From contig OX597841.1 of assembly GCA_951406725.2 (NCBI GenBank), forward strand, positions 26,846,001-26,910,000: a stretch of 64,000 nucleotides of DNA, read 5' to 3'. Every line of letters starts with the position of its first letter. Positions within the stretch are counted from its first letter, which is position 1. The notes under the pieces were generated by a model that did no database searches, was not told where the DNA came from, and worked only from the letters and a program-made list of their open reading frames with translations. Shown here in pieces: positions 54,246 to 64,000 of this stretch. Made by a program: the position numbers and the translations under genes. This stretch comes from Octopus vulgaris. Its lineage: Eukaryota.

Positions 54246-55792
54246 ACAAGCTGAACTTAATGTAGTTCAAATGATGTGACTTAATGTCTGTTCTGTGTAT
54301 TCTGGATGACATTTCATTTCTCTGTGACTCGTTTTCTTTCGTTGTCCTTACAAGTAAATCAAACTACAGACACAGTGATATTCAATAGACACACACACAC
54401 ACACACACACACACACTGACACACATACAAACAACACACACATACATATATACATACACATACATACATACATATATACACGCACACATACATTCATAAA
54501 TATTTATATCGATATGTTTGTAATATATGTGTGTGTGTGTATATATATGTATATGTATGTGTATGTGTATATATGTATGTATATATATATATGTATGTGT
54601 GTGTGTATATATATATATATGTGTGTGTGTGTGCGTGTGTGTGTGTGAGTGTGTATATATGTAATATATATATATATATGTATGTATATATGTATACATA
54701 TGTATATATATATATATGTATATATATGTATATATATATATATGTATGTATATATATGTGTATATATATGTATATATATATATATACATATACACACACA
54801 CACATACATCTGTATGCTCATAAGTTTATACACATAAATACGTACACACATACACATATATAAATATATATATATATATACATACATACATATATACATG
54901 CATATATATGAACATATATATACATGAATATATATATATATATATACATAAACACATGAACAAGCACACACATACACACACACACACATACACACACACA
55001 TATGTATATATATATATAATTTTGTGTGTGGTGGGGTGCGTATGAATTTTAACCATTGAGTCCGGTTCAAGCAGTGATCCGCAGCTCATCCGTTCAAATC
55101 GTTTATTGGGATTTTCTCACCACCTGTGTATATGTATTGACGTGTGTGTGTGCGTGAGAGTATGTAAGAGAGAAAGAGAGAGAGGGGGAGGAAGAGAGAG
55201 AGAGAGAGGAGGAGAGAGTGAGAGAGGGAGGAGAAGCGAGAGGGAGAGAGAGAGAAAGACAGACAGACAGACAGAAAGAAATGTGGCTGAGAAAGAAAAG
55301 TGGTGGGATAGAGAAGAGAAGGGTGATAGAGAGGGAGAGAAAGAGAGACAGAGAAAGAAAGAAAGACAGAAAAAAAAGAAACAAAGAAAGGAAGAAAGAA
55401 AGGAAGGAAGGAAGAGAGAAAGAAAGGAGGAAGTAAGTTGAGACAGAGAATGTTAATGAAAAAGACATTGAAAGAAAAAAAAGAAGAAAGAATAAAAGAT
55501 GTAAGGCAAAAGTGAAAGACTAAAGAGAAAAGGGCAGCAGACGATAGATGAAGAGCGAGAAAGATAGACTGACAGAATGAGAGAGGGCGACGGAGAGGCG
55601 TTTAATAGAAATATAGATATATATATGTTGAAAGAGGGAGAGAGAATGTGAGAATGTGGAAAGGGAATGTAGAGAGAAGTGAGAGAGGGTAAGGAAGAGT
55701 AAATGTTGTAGTGAAGGGGAGGATAAACGCCGAGAACTTTCTGTAAAAAAAAAATAGGTGAAGATACCCGAAGCAGACATTTTGAATGTGAA

Positions 55793-55794
<2 letters not shown>

Positions 55795-55823
<29 letters not shown>

Positions 55824-56765
55824 CATAAGTGTATGTGTGTGTGTGTGTATATATATGTATAAGTGTATGTGTGTGTGTATATATATGTATAAGTGTATGT
55901 GTGTGTGTGTGTATATATGTATAAGTGTGTGTGTATTTGTGTGTGTGTATATATGTATAAGTGTATGTGTGTTTGTGTGTGTGTGTGTATATGTATAAGT
56001 GTATGTGTATATATGTACAAGTATATGTGTGTTTGTGTGTATATATGTATAAGTGTATGTGTGTTGTGTGTGTGTGTGTATATATGTATAAGTGTATGTG
56101 TGTGTGTGTATATATGTACAAGTCTATATGTGTTTGTGTGTGTATATGTACAAGTGTATTTGTGTTTGTGTGTGTATATATGTACAAGTGTATATGTGTG
56201 TATATATGTACAAGTATGTTTGTGTGTGTGTATATATGTACAAGTGTATGTGTGTTTGTGTGTGTATATATATGTATAAGTGTATGTGTGTTTGTGTGTG
56301 TGTGTATATATGTACAAGTGTATGTGTGTTTGTGTGTGTATATATGTACAAGTATATGTGTGTTTGTGTGTGTATATATATGTATAAGTGTATGTGTGTT
56401 TGTGTGTGTATAAGTGTTTGTGTGTGTGTGTGTATGCATGTACAAGTATATGTGTGTTTGTGTGTGTATATATGTATAAGTGTATGTGTTTGTGTGTGTG
56501 TGTATATATGTATAAGTGTATGTGTGTGTATGTGTATATATGTACAAGTATATGTGTGCTTGTGTGTATGTATATGTACAAGTATATGTGTGTTTGTGTG
56601 TGTATATATGTAGTGTATATGTGTTTGTGTGTGTGTATATATGTATAAGTGTATGTGTGTTTGTGTGTGTATATATGTATAAGTGTATGTGTGTTTGTGT
56701 GTGTATATATGTATAAGTGTATGTGTGTTTGTGTGTGTATATATGTACAAGTATATGTGTGTATG
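55795..56765. repeat. About 32-36-bp TG/TA minisatellite (TATATATGTA(T/C)AAGTGTATGTGTGTTTGTGTG)
   Basis: More than 25 recurrences of the TGTA(T/C)AAGT anchor; source of the long HTY-rich ORFs. Confidence 0.92.
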
Positions 56766-57192
56766 TGCTGTGTATGTGTGTATGTATATGGTATGTGTGT
56801 GTGTGAATGACAGAGTAAGGGTTTCTCTCTATGGGTTTGTGTGATTGCGTGTGTGATGGAAAGGGAGAAAAGCAGAGAGAGAGAGAGAGAGGGGGGTGCT
56901 CTTCTCTCTCTGTCTCACTCTCTCTTTCTCCCTGTCTCTCTCTCTCTCTCTCCCTATCTCCCTCTACGTCTGTGTGTGTATATCTATCTATATATATTAG
57001 AGGTAGGTACGTACATATATGTTTATATATATGCATATATTTTATTAACATATATATATATATATATATATATATAGATAAGAAAGTTTGTTTGGTAAAG
57101 CACGTGGGTGAATATATAAGAAAATAGTAAAGTGTGAAAAAACGACAGAAGGCTTAAATGTTAAAAGATATATATATAGAGATGACTTAGAT

Positions 57193-58650
57193 ATGTTAAA
57201 CCACCTTCCAAAAAAAACCAAGGAAGAAACAATCCTGGTTTCATTTGATGTAGTCAACTTGTATACCAGTATACCTCATAATTATGGACTGGAGGCAATA
57301 CAATTCTGGTTAGACCAATTTCCGGAAGAAATACCAAAAAGGATCAGTAAGGAATTCATTACTAAATCAATTGAATTCATCCTACACAATAACCACTTCA
57401 TGTTTGACAATACATTTTACCGTCAAAAATCCGGAATTGCTATGGGTACAAGGGCAGCACCAGTCATTGCGAACTTAACAATGGGATACATGGAAATAAT
57501 CATTTACCAGGAATCTCTATCAATCTTTGGAAACTCCCTCTCTCAATACATAAAAGAGAATTGGAAACGATTCCTAGACGATTGTTTCATTCTCTGGAAT
57601 GAAAACATAGATAAACTCCTAAAATTTAAAAACCTATTGAACAGCATAAACCCAAATATACAGTTCACAATGGAATACAACCAAAAGGAGCTCCCGTTCT
57701 TGGATATACTAATTAAAAAAATTAACCTTAAAATAGAAACAGACATTTTTTACAAAGCCACAGACGCCAAACAATACCTTCTTTTTAATTCATGCCACCC
57801 AAGACACACTAAAACAAACATACCCTTCAACCTTGCAAGAAGGATATGCACAATAGTGTCAGAACAAAATACCAGGAACTTTAGACTGCAAGAACTCAAA
57901 AACACCCTAATTGACAGACATTACCCAGCTCAACTCATAGAGGATGGGATCAGACGTGCAACAGAAATCAACATAGAAACTTTAAGAAAAGTTCAACACA
58001 ACAACACACCTTCCCCGAAAATACTACCTTACATATCTACATACAACCCCAGAAACAAAGAAGCCTTCACCATCATCACCCAGAATTTACCAATACTTCA
58101 TAAAAACCCAAAATTAAGGGAAATTCTAAACATACACCAAATCATTAAAAGCTACAAACAGCCTAAATCACTTAAAAAGATTCTCACAAAGGCAAAATTG
58201 TCTTCTAAAATTACGGATGCAAAAGTAAAAAAATGTGGTAGATCGAACTGTGCAACATGTCCTAACCTATTGGAAGGATCAGAATTCTTCTTTAAAGAAG
58301 GACAGAAATTTAAGATCAAATCTAACTTTACTTGTGCCTCTGAAAACATAATTTATGTTATTAAATGCTCGGGCTGCCACCAAGACTACGTGGGTTCCAC
58401 GGGACTATCACTCAGGCGCAGATGCACACTGCATCGACAACAGATTGCATTCCCAGAATATAGAATGATACCTTTTAGTGAGCACATTGAGAAATGCGCA
58501 AAGCAACTACTGCCACAATTTTTAATCTTCCCATTTTACCAATGTGCTTTCGGATCATCAACACAAATGAGACTGAACAAGGAAACATTCTTCATTGAAA
58601 AGTACAAACCCAGACTCAACCATCCGAACATACTGACACAGAGAAATTAA
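57193..58650 (+). CDS. Penelope-like retroelement ORF (5'-truncated): reverse transcriptase + CxxxxCxxC linker + GIY-YIG endonuclease, probably Neptune-type
   Basis: 485-aa uninterrupted ORF with RT motifs LVSFDVVNLYTSIP, GIAMGTRAAPVIANLTM and WKRFLDDCFILW, thumb LPFLDILI...FYKATD, Cys linker KCGRSNCATC and GIY-YIG NIIYVIKCSGCHQDYVGST. The frame continues upstream (RDDLDM) to a TATA junction at about 57177, so the Met is internal and the N-terminus is missing. Confidence 0.95.
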   Translation: MLNHLPKKTKEETILVSFDVVNLYTSIPHNYGLEAIQFWLDQFPEEIPKRISKEFITKSIEFILHNNHFMFDNTFYRQKSGIAMGTRAAPVIANLTMGYMEIIIYQESLSIFGNSLSQYIKENWKRFLDDCFILWNENIDKLLKFKNLLNSINPNIQFTMEYNQKELPFLDILIKKINLKIETDIFYKATDAKQYLLFNSCHPRHTKTNIPFNLARRICTIVSEQNTRNFRLQELKNTLIDRHYPAQLIEDGIRRATEINIETLRKVQHNNTPSPKILPYISTYNPRNKEAFTIITQNLPILHKNPKLREILNIHQIIKSYKQPKSLKKILTKAKLSSKITDAKVKKCGRSNCATCPNLLEGSEFFFKEGQKFKIKSNFTCASENIIYVIKCSGCHQDYVGSTGLSLRRRCTLHRQQIAFPEYRMIPFSEHIEKCAKQLLPQFLIFPFYQCAFGSSTQMRLNKETFFIEKYKPRLNHPNILTQRN

Positions 58651-58786
58651 CAAGGAAATGGGAAAAAAATTTTTTAAGCGATTATCTCCCCTACACCGGA
58701 AAAAATCACTCACTACCTCCCCTTATTTAGAAATCTCCTGGAAATAAAAACAACGATAAATCCATGCAATATAAACATAACGTCAC

Positions 58787-58826
58787 AAGAAATTTGAAAA
58801 GCTACACGCGAAACCGGTAATTTCTT
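58787..58826 (+). ncRNA. Minimal type-I hammerhead ribozyme, U3-A8 covariant core, in the Penelope pLTR
   Basis: AAGAAAT-TTGAAAA-GC-TACAC-GC-GAAAC-CG-GTA-ATTTCTT: 7-bp stem I, core UUGAAAA (C3-G8 replaced by U3-A8), palindromic stem III ACCGGT, GUA cleavage triplet. Confidence 0.8.
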
Positions 58827-59182
58827 TAAAAATTTAAAAATTATGTCATTTTAAGGAAAGGAAAAAAAATTTTTCCAATATTCTCCAGACATTTTGACAC
58901 AAATATATATATCTTTTAACATTTAAGCCTTCTGTCGTTTTTTCACACTTTACTATTTTCTTATATATATATATATATATACATATATGTGTGTGTGTGT
59001 GTGTGTGTGTGTCTGTGTATCAACACGTTGAAATGAAGTGTGTTTATGTGAGCCTATGTGCGTGTACGACGGCTTACATATACATATATATACACACATA
59101 TATACATATATGTGCAAACACGCACGTACACACACACACACACACAAACAGGCGCACAGGCACGCGCGAACTTATTTGCTTA

Positions 59183-59219
<37 letters not shown>

Positions 59220-59789
59220 GTGTGTGTGCGTGCGTGTGTGTGTGTGTGCGTGCGTGTGTGTGTGTGTGTGTGTGTGCGTGCGTGTGTGTGTGTACATGTG
59301 TGTGTGTATGTGTGTGTGTGCGTGTGCGTGTGTGTGTGTGTGCTTAAGATTAGAGTATTCGCCCGTTGGTTCTCTTCGGTATATGTAAGCATAAATACAC
59401 AAACACACACACACACACACACATATATATATTTTTAAGCATGTCTACCTGTGTATGTGTGTACGAATATATATGTTTGTATGCGCATGTGTACGTACGT
59501 GTGTGTGTGTGTATGTGTATGCATGTGTACATACGGACGTGTGTGTGTGTGCGTGATTCTGTTAAGATATGACTTGTGTGTTAAGAGCAGGTGTATATGT
59601 GGTTAAGTTGTAAAAAAAACAAAAAAACTGGTAGATTTTTTTTGCATAAAACAGGTTGGTGATACCCGCACACCCGTATGCGTATCTGTCTACCTATCTG
59701 GTTAATTACAACCAAGAGGCTACCCTTCGAGGCGGTAGATCGGCCTGTTACGAAAATAGCAGCCAAATTCTCACAAATCGTACACGATT

Positions 59790-60003
59790 ACTCTTTTACT
59801 CTTTTACTCGTTTCAGTCATTTGACTGCGGCCATGCTGGAGCACCGCCTTTAGTCGAGCAAATCAACCCCGGGACTTATTCTTTTTGTAAGCCCAGTACT
59901 TATTCTATCGGTCTCTTTTTGCCGAACCGCTAAGTGACGGGGACGTAAACACACCAGCATCGGTTGTCAAGCAATGCTAGGGGGACAAACACAGACACAC
60001 ACA

Positions 60004-60035
<32 letters not shown>

Positions 60036-60370
60036 CGACAGGCTTCTTTCAGTTTCCGTCTACCAAATCCACTCACAAGGCATTGGTCGGTCCGGGGCTA
60101 TAGCAGAAGACACTTGCCCAAGATGCCACGCAGTGGGACTGAACCCGGAACCATGTGGTTGGTTAGCAAGCTACTTACCACACAGCCACTCCTATATACA
60201 TATATACGACGGGCTTCTTTCAGTTTCCGTCTACCAAATCCACTCACAAGGCATTGGTCGGCCCGGGGCTATAGCAGAAGACACTTGCCCAAGATGCCAC
60301 GCAGTGGGACTGAACCCGGAACCATGTGGTTGGTTAGCAAGCTACTTACCACACAGCCACTCCTGCGCCT
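59790..60370 (-). mobile_element. SINE family A with tandemly duplicated 5' half
   Basis: Near-identical heads at about 60034-60193 and 60205-60370, with a single 3' half 59790-60000. Confidence 0.9.
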
Positions 60371-60406
60371 GCACAACATGCGTGCGTACGGGTGTGCATA
60401 AATATA

Positions 60407-60440
60407 CAGGGTTGGCCCAAAAGTAGGTTTACAGTTATTC
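60407..60440 (+). mobile_element. Probable Tc1/mariner left TIR remnant
   Basis: TA-CAGGGTTGGCCCAAAAGTAGGTTTACAGTT. No partner TIR found. Confidence 0.45.
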
Positions 60441-60488
60441 AACTATCTCTTTCGTATTTCTTTATTAACAGTTTAGATCTAAATTATA

Positions 60489-61105
60489 TCTCTCTCTATA
60501 TAAAGCTGAAGTTGTCTGTGTATTGTAGGTTTGGTAGCCTTCAACTAACACTATCTCTTCCGAGACCCTGCGGCACAAGTTGACCAAAATTAAGAGTATG
60601 ATAGAAGAAGGATTGCTCTTCATTCCGTAGAAGAAAAAATTCAAATCGGACCATGTTAACACCAAAAATTATTTACAGTAAAAAGGTGCTTTTTTTCAAT
60701 GAAAATCCCTATTTTTTACGATTTATAAAGCTGAAGTTGTCTGTGCATGGTAGGTTTGGTAGCCTTCAACTAACACTATCTCTTCCGAGACCCTGCGGCG
60801 CAAGTTGACCAAAATTGAGAGTATGATAGAAGAAGGCTTGCTCTTCATTCCTTAGAAGATAAAATTCAAATCGGACCATGTTAACACCAAAAATTATTTA
60901 CAGCAAAAAGGTGCTTTTTTTCTATGAAAATCCCTACTTTTTACGATTTTTTGACTGCTGTGTCGTCATCTTTCGGTGTATATCAACCAGAAAAATGTTC
61001 ACTTAAAGAGAATAACAAGCTACATAGTGCAAATTTTTTACTTTTCAAGAATTCCAATTCTAAAGGGACGAAACAAACCCGAGCAACGCCGGGCGATACT
61101 GCTAG
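60489..61105 (+). mobile_element. Non-autonomous Helitron with an internal 225-bp tandem duplication
   Basis: Inserted between A and T. Starts TC, subterminal hairpin CCCGAGC-AAC-GCCGGG (61078-61093), ends CTAG. 60500-60724 is repeated at 60725-60949. Confidence 0.9.
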
Positions 61106-61142
61106 TATAATTAAATGATAAACTTCTGGAAATGTATAGATG

Positions 61143-61330
61143 TAGTTAATCCAAACATGAACAAAGAGAAAACACAACAACGCTAGAACGTGGAACAAGT
61201 GTAATGTTATTGGACGCTCAGGAAAGGAAAGAAAGAAGGAGGATTTAACGTTTCGAGCGGAGCTCTTCGTCAGAAACACACAAAAAGGTCCAAGGAGGGG
61301 AAGACGGAGAAAGAAAGTCTCCAACGATAC
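61143..61330 (-). mobile_element. GAGC-TCC-GCTC family copy with canonical core (motif 61243-61277)
   Basis: Reverse complement GTTT-CTGACGA-A-GAGC-TCC-GCTC-GAAAC-GTT-AAAT. Confidence 0.85.
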
Positions 61331-61362
61331 ATACGCGGTCATATATGTATGTATGTATGTGT

Positions 61363-61741
61363 GGAGGCGCAATGGCCCAGTGGTTAGGGCAGCGGACTCG
61401 AGGTCGTAGGATCACGGCTTCGATTTCCAGACCGGACGTTGTGAGTGTTTATTGAGCGAAAACACCTAAAGCGTCACGTGGTTCCGGCAGGGGATGGTGG
61501 CGAACCCTGCTGTTTTCTTCCACCACAACTTTCTCTCACTCTTTCTTCCTGTTTCTGTTGTACCTTTATTTCAAAGGGGCCAGCGTGGTCACACTCTGTG
61601 TCACGCTGAATCTCCCCGTGAACTACGTCAAGGGTGCACGTGTCTGTGGAGTGATCAGCCACTTACACGTTAATATCACGAGCAGGCTGTTCCGTTGGTC
61701 GGATCAACTGGAACCCTCGTCGTCGCAACCGACGGAGTGCC
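61363..61741 (+). mobile_element. SINE family B, full length
   Basis: GGAGGCGCAATGGCCCAGTGGTTAGGGCAGCGGACTCG...GACGGAGTGCC. Confidence 0.9.
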
Positions 61742-61764
61742 GCCATATGTATGTATGTATGAAC

Positions 61765-62560
61765 TAACGGGAGATATCTCTGAAAGCAACTTAACTCGTT
61801 AGAAATAGCAGCCAAATCTCTCTCAAATCAGAGCTAAGGTATGTATGTATGTATGTATGAGCCAATGAGAAGGACCTCTACATTATAGTTATGAAGACCT
61901 GTTAAAAATAGTAGCCAAATCTCCCTCAAATCACAGAGTACTGTCTTATGTAAAAACGGATGAATCAACGAGTTAGACCTCTACATGGTAACTAGAGGAG
62001 GTAGAAATAGCAGTCAAACTGCCCTCTAATTACACCTTACTGTCTTATCTATGTATATCTGAATGAGCAAACGAGGGAGACCTCAACGTGGTCGGTAGAC
62101 CTAATAGAAATAGCAGCTAAATCTCCCTTAAATCACACTCTACTGTCTTATGTAAATATACGTATGTATGAGCCAATGAGGAAGGCCTCTACATGGCAGC
62201 TAGCCCTGCTGGAAATAGCAACCAAATCTCCCTGAAATCAAACCTTACTGTTTTTATGTATGTATATATGTATGAGCCAACGAATAAGGCTTCTACATGG
62301 TAGCTAGACAGAGTAGAAATAGCAGACAAACTTCCCTCAAATCACACCCTACTGTCTTATCTATGAATATATTTATGTCTGAGCCAATGAGGAAGGCCTC
62401 TACATGGCAGCTAGCCCTGCTAGAAATAGCAGCCAAATCTCCCTCAAATCGCATCCTGCTGTCTTATCTATGTTTATATATATTAGCCAACGACGTAGAC
62501 TAGTACGTGGTAACAGACCTGCTAGAAATAGCAGTCAAATCACTCTTAAATTGCACATTC
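61765..62560 (+). repeat. Tandem array (about 8 units of about 104 bp) of a dispersed satellite-like family
   Basis: Unit GAGCCAATGAGGRAGRCCTCTACATGGYAGCTAG.CCTGCTAGAAATAGCAGCCAAATCTCCCTCAAATCACACCYTACTGTCTTA + (TATG)n. Confidence 0.9.
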
Positions 62561-62963
62561 TCTCAAATAAACAAATAAATGGATAACCAAACAAATATAT
62601 AAATAAAAATATGAAATGAGAGAAACACTGATCAGAATATGAGACGAGATGGCTACGGTTGGAACGATTTTTGTTACAGATTCGTTCAGTCAGGGATCAC
62701 TTTAGGATAAACACCAACCAGTACAAAAAAAAAACAAAAACAAATAAACAATAAAAAAACAACAACCGCACCTTCATCACCAGTATCATCAACATCATCA
62801 TCATCATCATCACCATTATCATCATCATGAACATCATCATTATCACCACCACCATCACCGCCGCCGCCACTGTTTACAATCATCAACATTCTGTTAGTAA
62901 CAGGGCGTATACCCACAAGATAGCAAAACAGGACATGTTAGGTGTTAAGGGGGTGGGGGTAGC

Positions 62964-63027
<64 letters not shown>

Positions 63028-63129
63028 GTATATGTACGTATGTATGTATGTATATATGTATGTATATATGTATGTATGTATATATGTATGTATATATATA
63101 TATGTATATATATATGTATATATATTTAT

Positions 63130-63690
63130 ATATATATAATTAGGTGCATATATGTATAAACATATACACACACACATATATGTATATATATATAATTAGG
63201 TGCATATATGTATAAACATATACACACACACATATATATATATATATCATTAAACACATCTTCAAACACACACACTCACACACATACATGAACATTTATA
63301 TATGTGTGTCTGTGTGTGTATGTATAATTAGGTGCATATATGTATAAACATATACACACACACACATATATATATATATATGTATATATATATGTATATA
63401 TATATAATTAGGTGCATATATGTATAAACATATACACACACATATATATATATATATATGTATATCATTAAACACATCTTCAAACACACACACTCACACA
63501 CATACATGAACATTTATATATGTGTGTGTGTGTGTGTATGTATAATTAGGTGCATATATGTATAAACATTTACACACACACACATATATATATATATATA
63601 TCATTAAGCACACATAATCCAACACATGCACACACACACACACGAACTTATATATATATATGTATATATATAATTAGGTGCATATATCTA
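63130..63690. repeat. Minisatellite with TATAATTAGGTGCATATATGTATAAACAT anchor
   Basis: Anchor at about 63135, 63191, 63323, 63403, 63541 and 63669. Confidence 0.9.
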
Positions 63691-63763
63691 TATACAAAAA
63701 CACATAGAGAATATAATCATGCATGTATATACACGTACAGATACAAGCATGTGTATATATACA

Positions 63764-63802
<39 letters not shown>

Positions 63803-64000
63803 GCATCTGTAAGTACACATACGTGCATGCATACATACATACCTATATATATATATATATATATATACACGCATACACACACATACACAGAGACTGTATA
63901 CAGACATATCAAGGGAGATTATGCATAAATTCAGAAACACACACACATATATATACACACACATATGAATATATCTGTCTGTGTGTGAGTATATATATGT

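Larger units (their letters stand above)
57077..58967 (+). mobile_element. Penelope-like element insertion in (TA)n, with 3' pseudo-LTR and an inverted copy of its 3' end at the 5' junction
   Basis: Flanked by (TA)n on both sides. 57113-57177 is the reverse complement of 58903-58967. The 3' non-coding region 58651-58967 carries a hammerhead motif. Confidence 0.9.

Noticed and set aside
55453-57051. 532-aa and other H/T/Y/I/C/V-rich ORFs (also 23726-25054, 44715-45619)
   Set aside because: Products of stop-free CA/TA minisatellites.
61765-62560. CRISPR-like regular array
   Set aside because: Units are homologous along their whole length with no unique spacers; eukaryotic context and no cas genes.

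Overview
Repeat-saturated eukaryotic DNA, very probably octopus/cephalopod intronic or intergenic sequence. That assignment is inferred from the microsatellite load and the tRNA/CORE-type SINE families, not from a database search. Almost all ORFs in the six-frame track are translations of (TA)n, (CA)n, (ATCT)n, (TTC)n, (ACC)n and (AAT)n tracts. The only real long CDS is a 5'-truncated Penelope-like retroelement (RT + CxxxxCxxC linker + GIY-YIG, 57193-58650). Other content: at least four tRNA-derived SINE types, mariner MITEs and remnants, a GG-TIR/8-bp-TSD (Merlin-like) MITE nest, non-autonomous Helitrons, an R4/Dong LINE 3' end, a dispersed ~105-bp tandem repeat, one strong 33-nt micro-exon and a few candidate regulatory islands. 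The most striking hidden layer is about 18 type-I hammerhead-ribozyme motifs. They belong to at least 7 short non-coding families, mostly adjoining (TA)n/(TATG)n tracts. They include fully canonical ribozymes with long stem II (3278-3376, 49071-49156), a U3-A8 covariant core shared by the autonomous Penelope and a non-autonomous partner, and recurrent A6U and U4C core variants. These insertions are repeatedly accompanied by fold-back inverted duplications of element ends or of host flanking DNA across (TA)n tracts.
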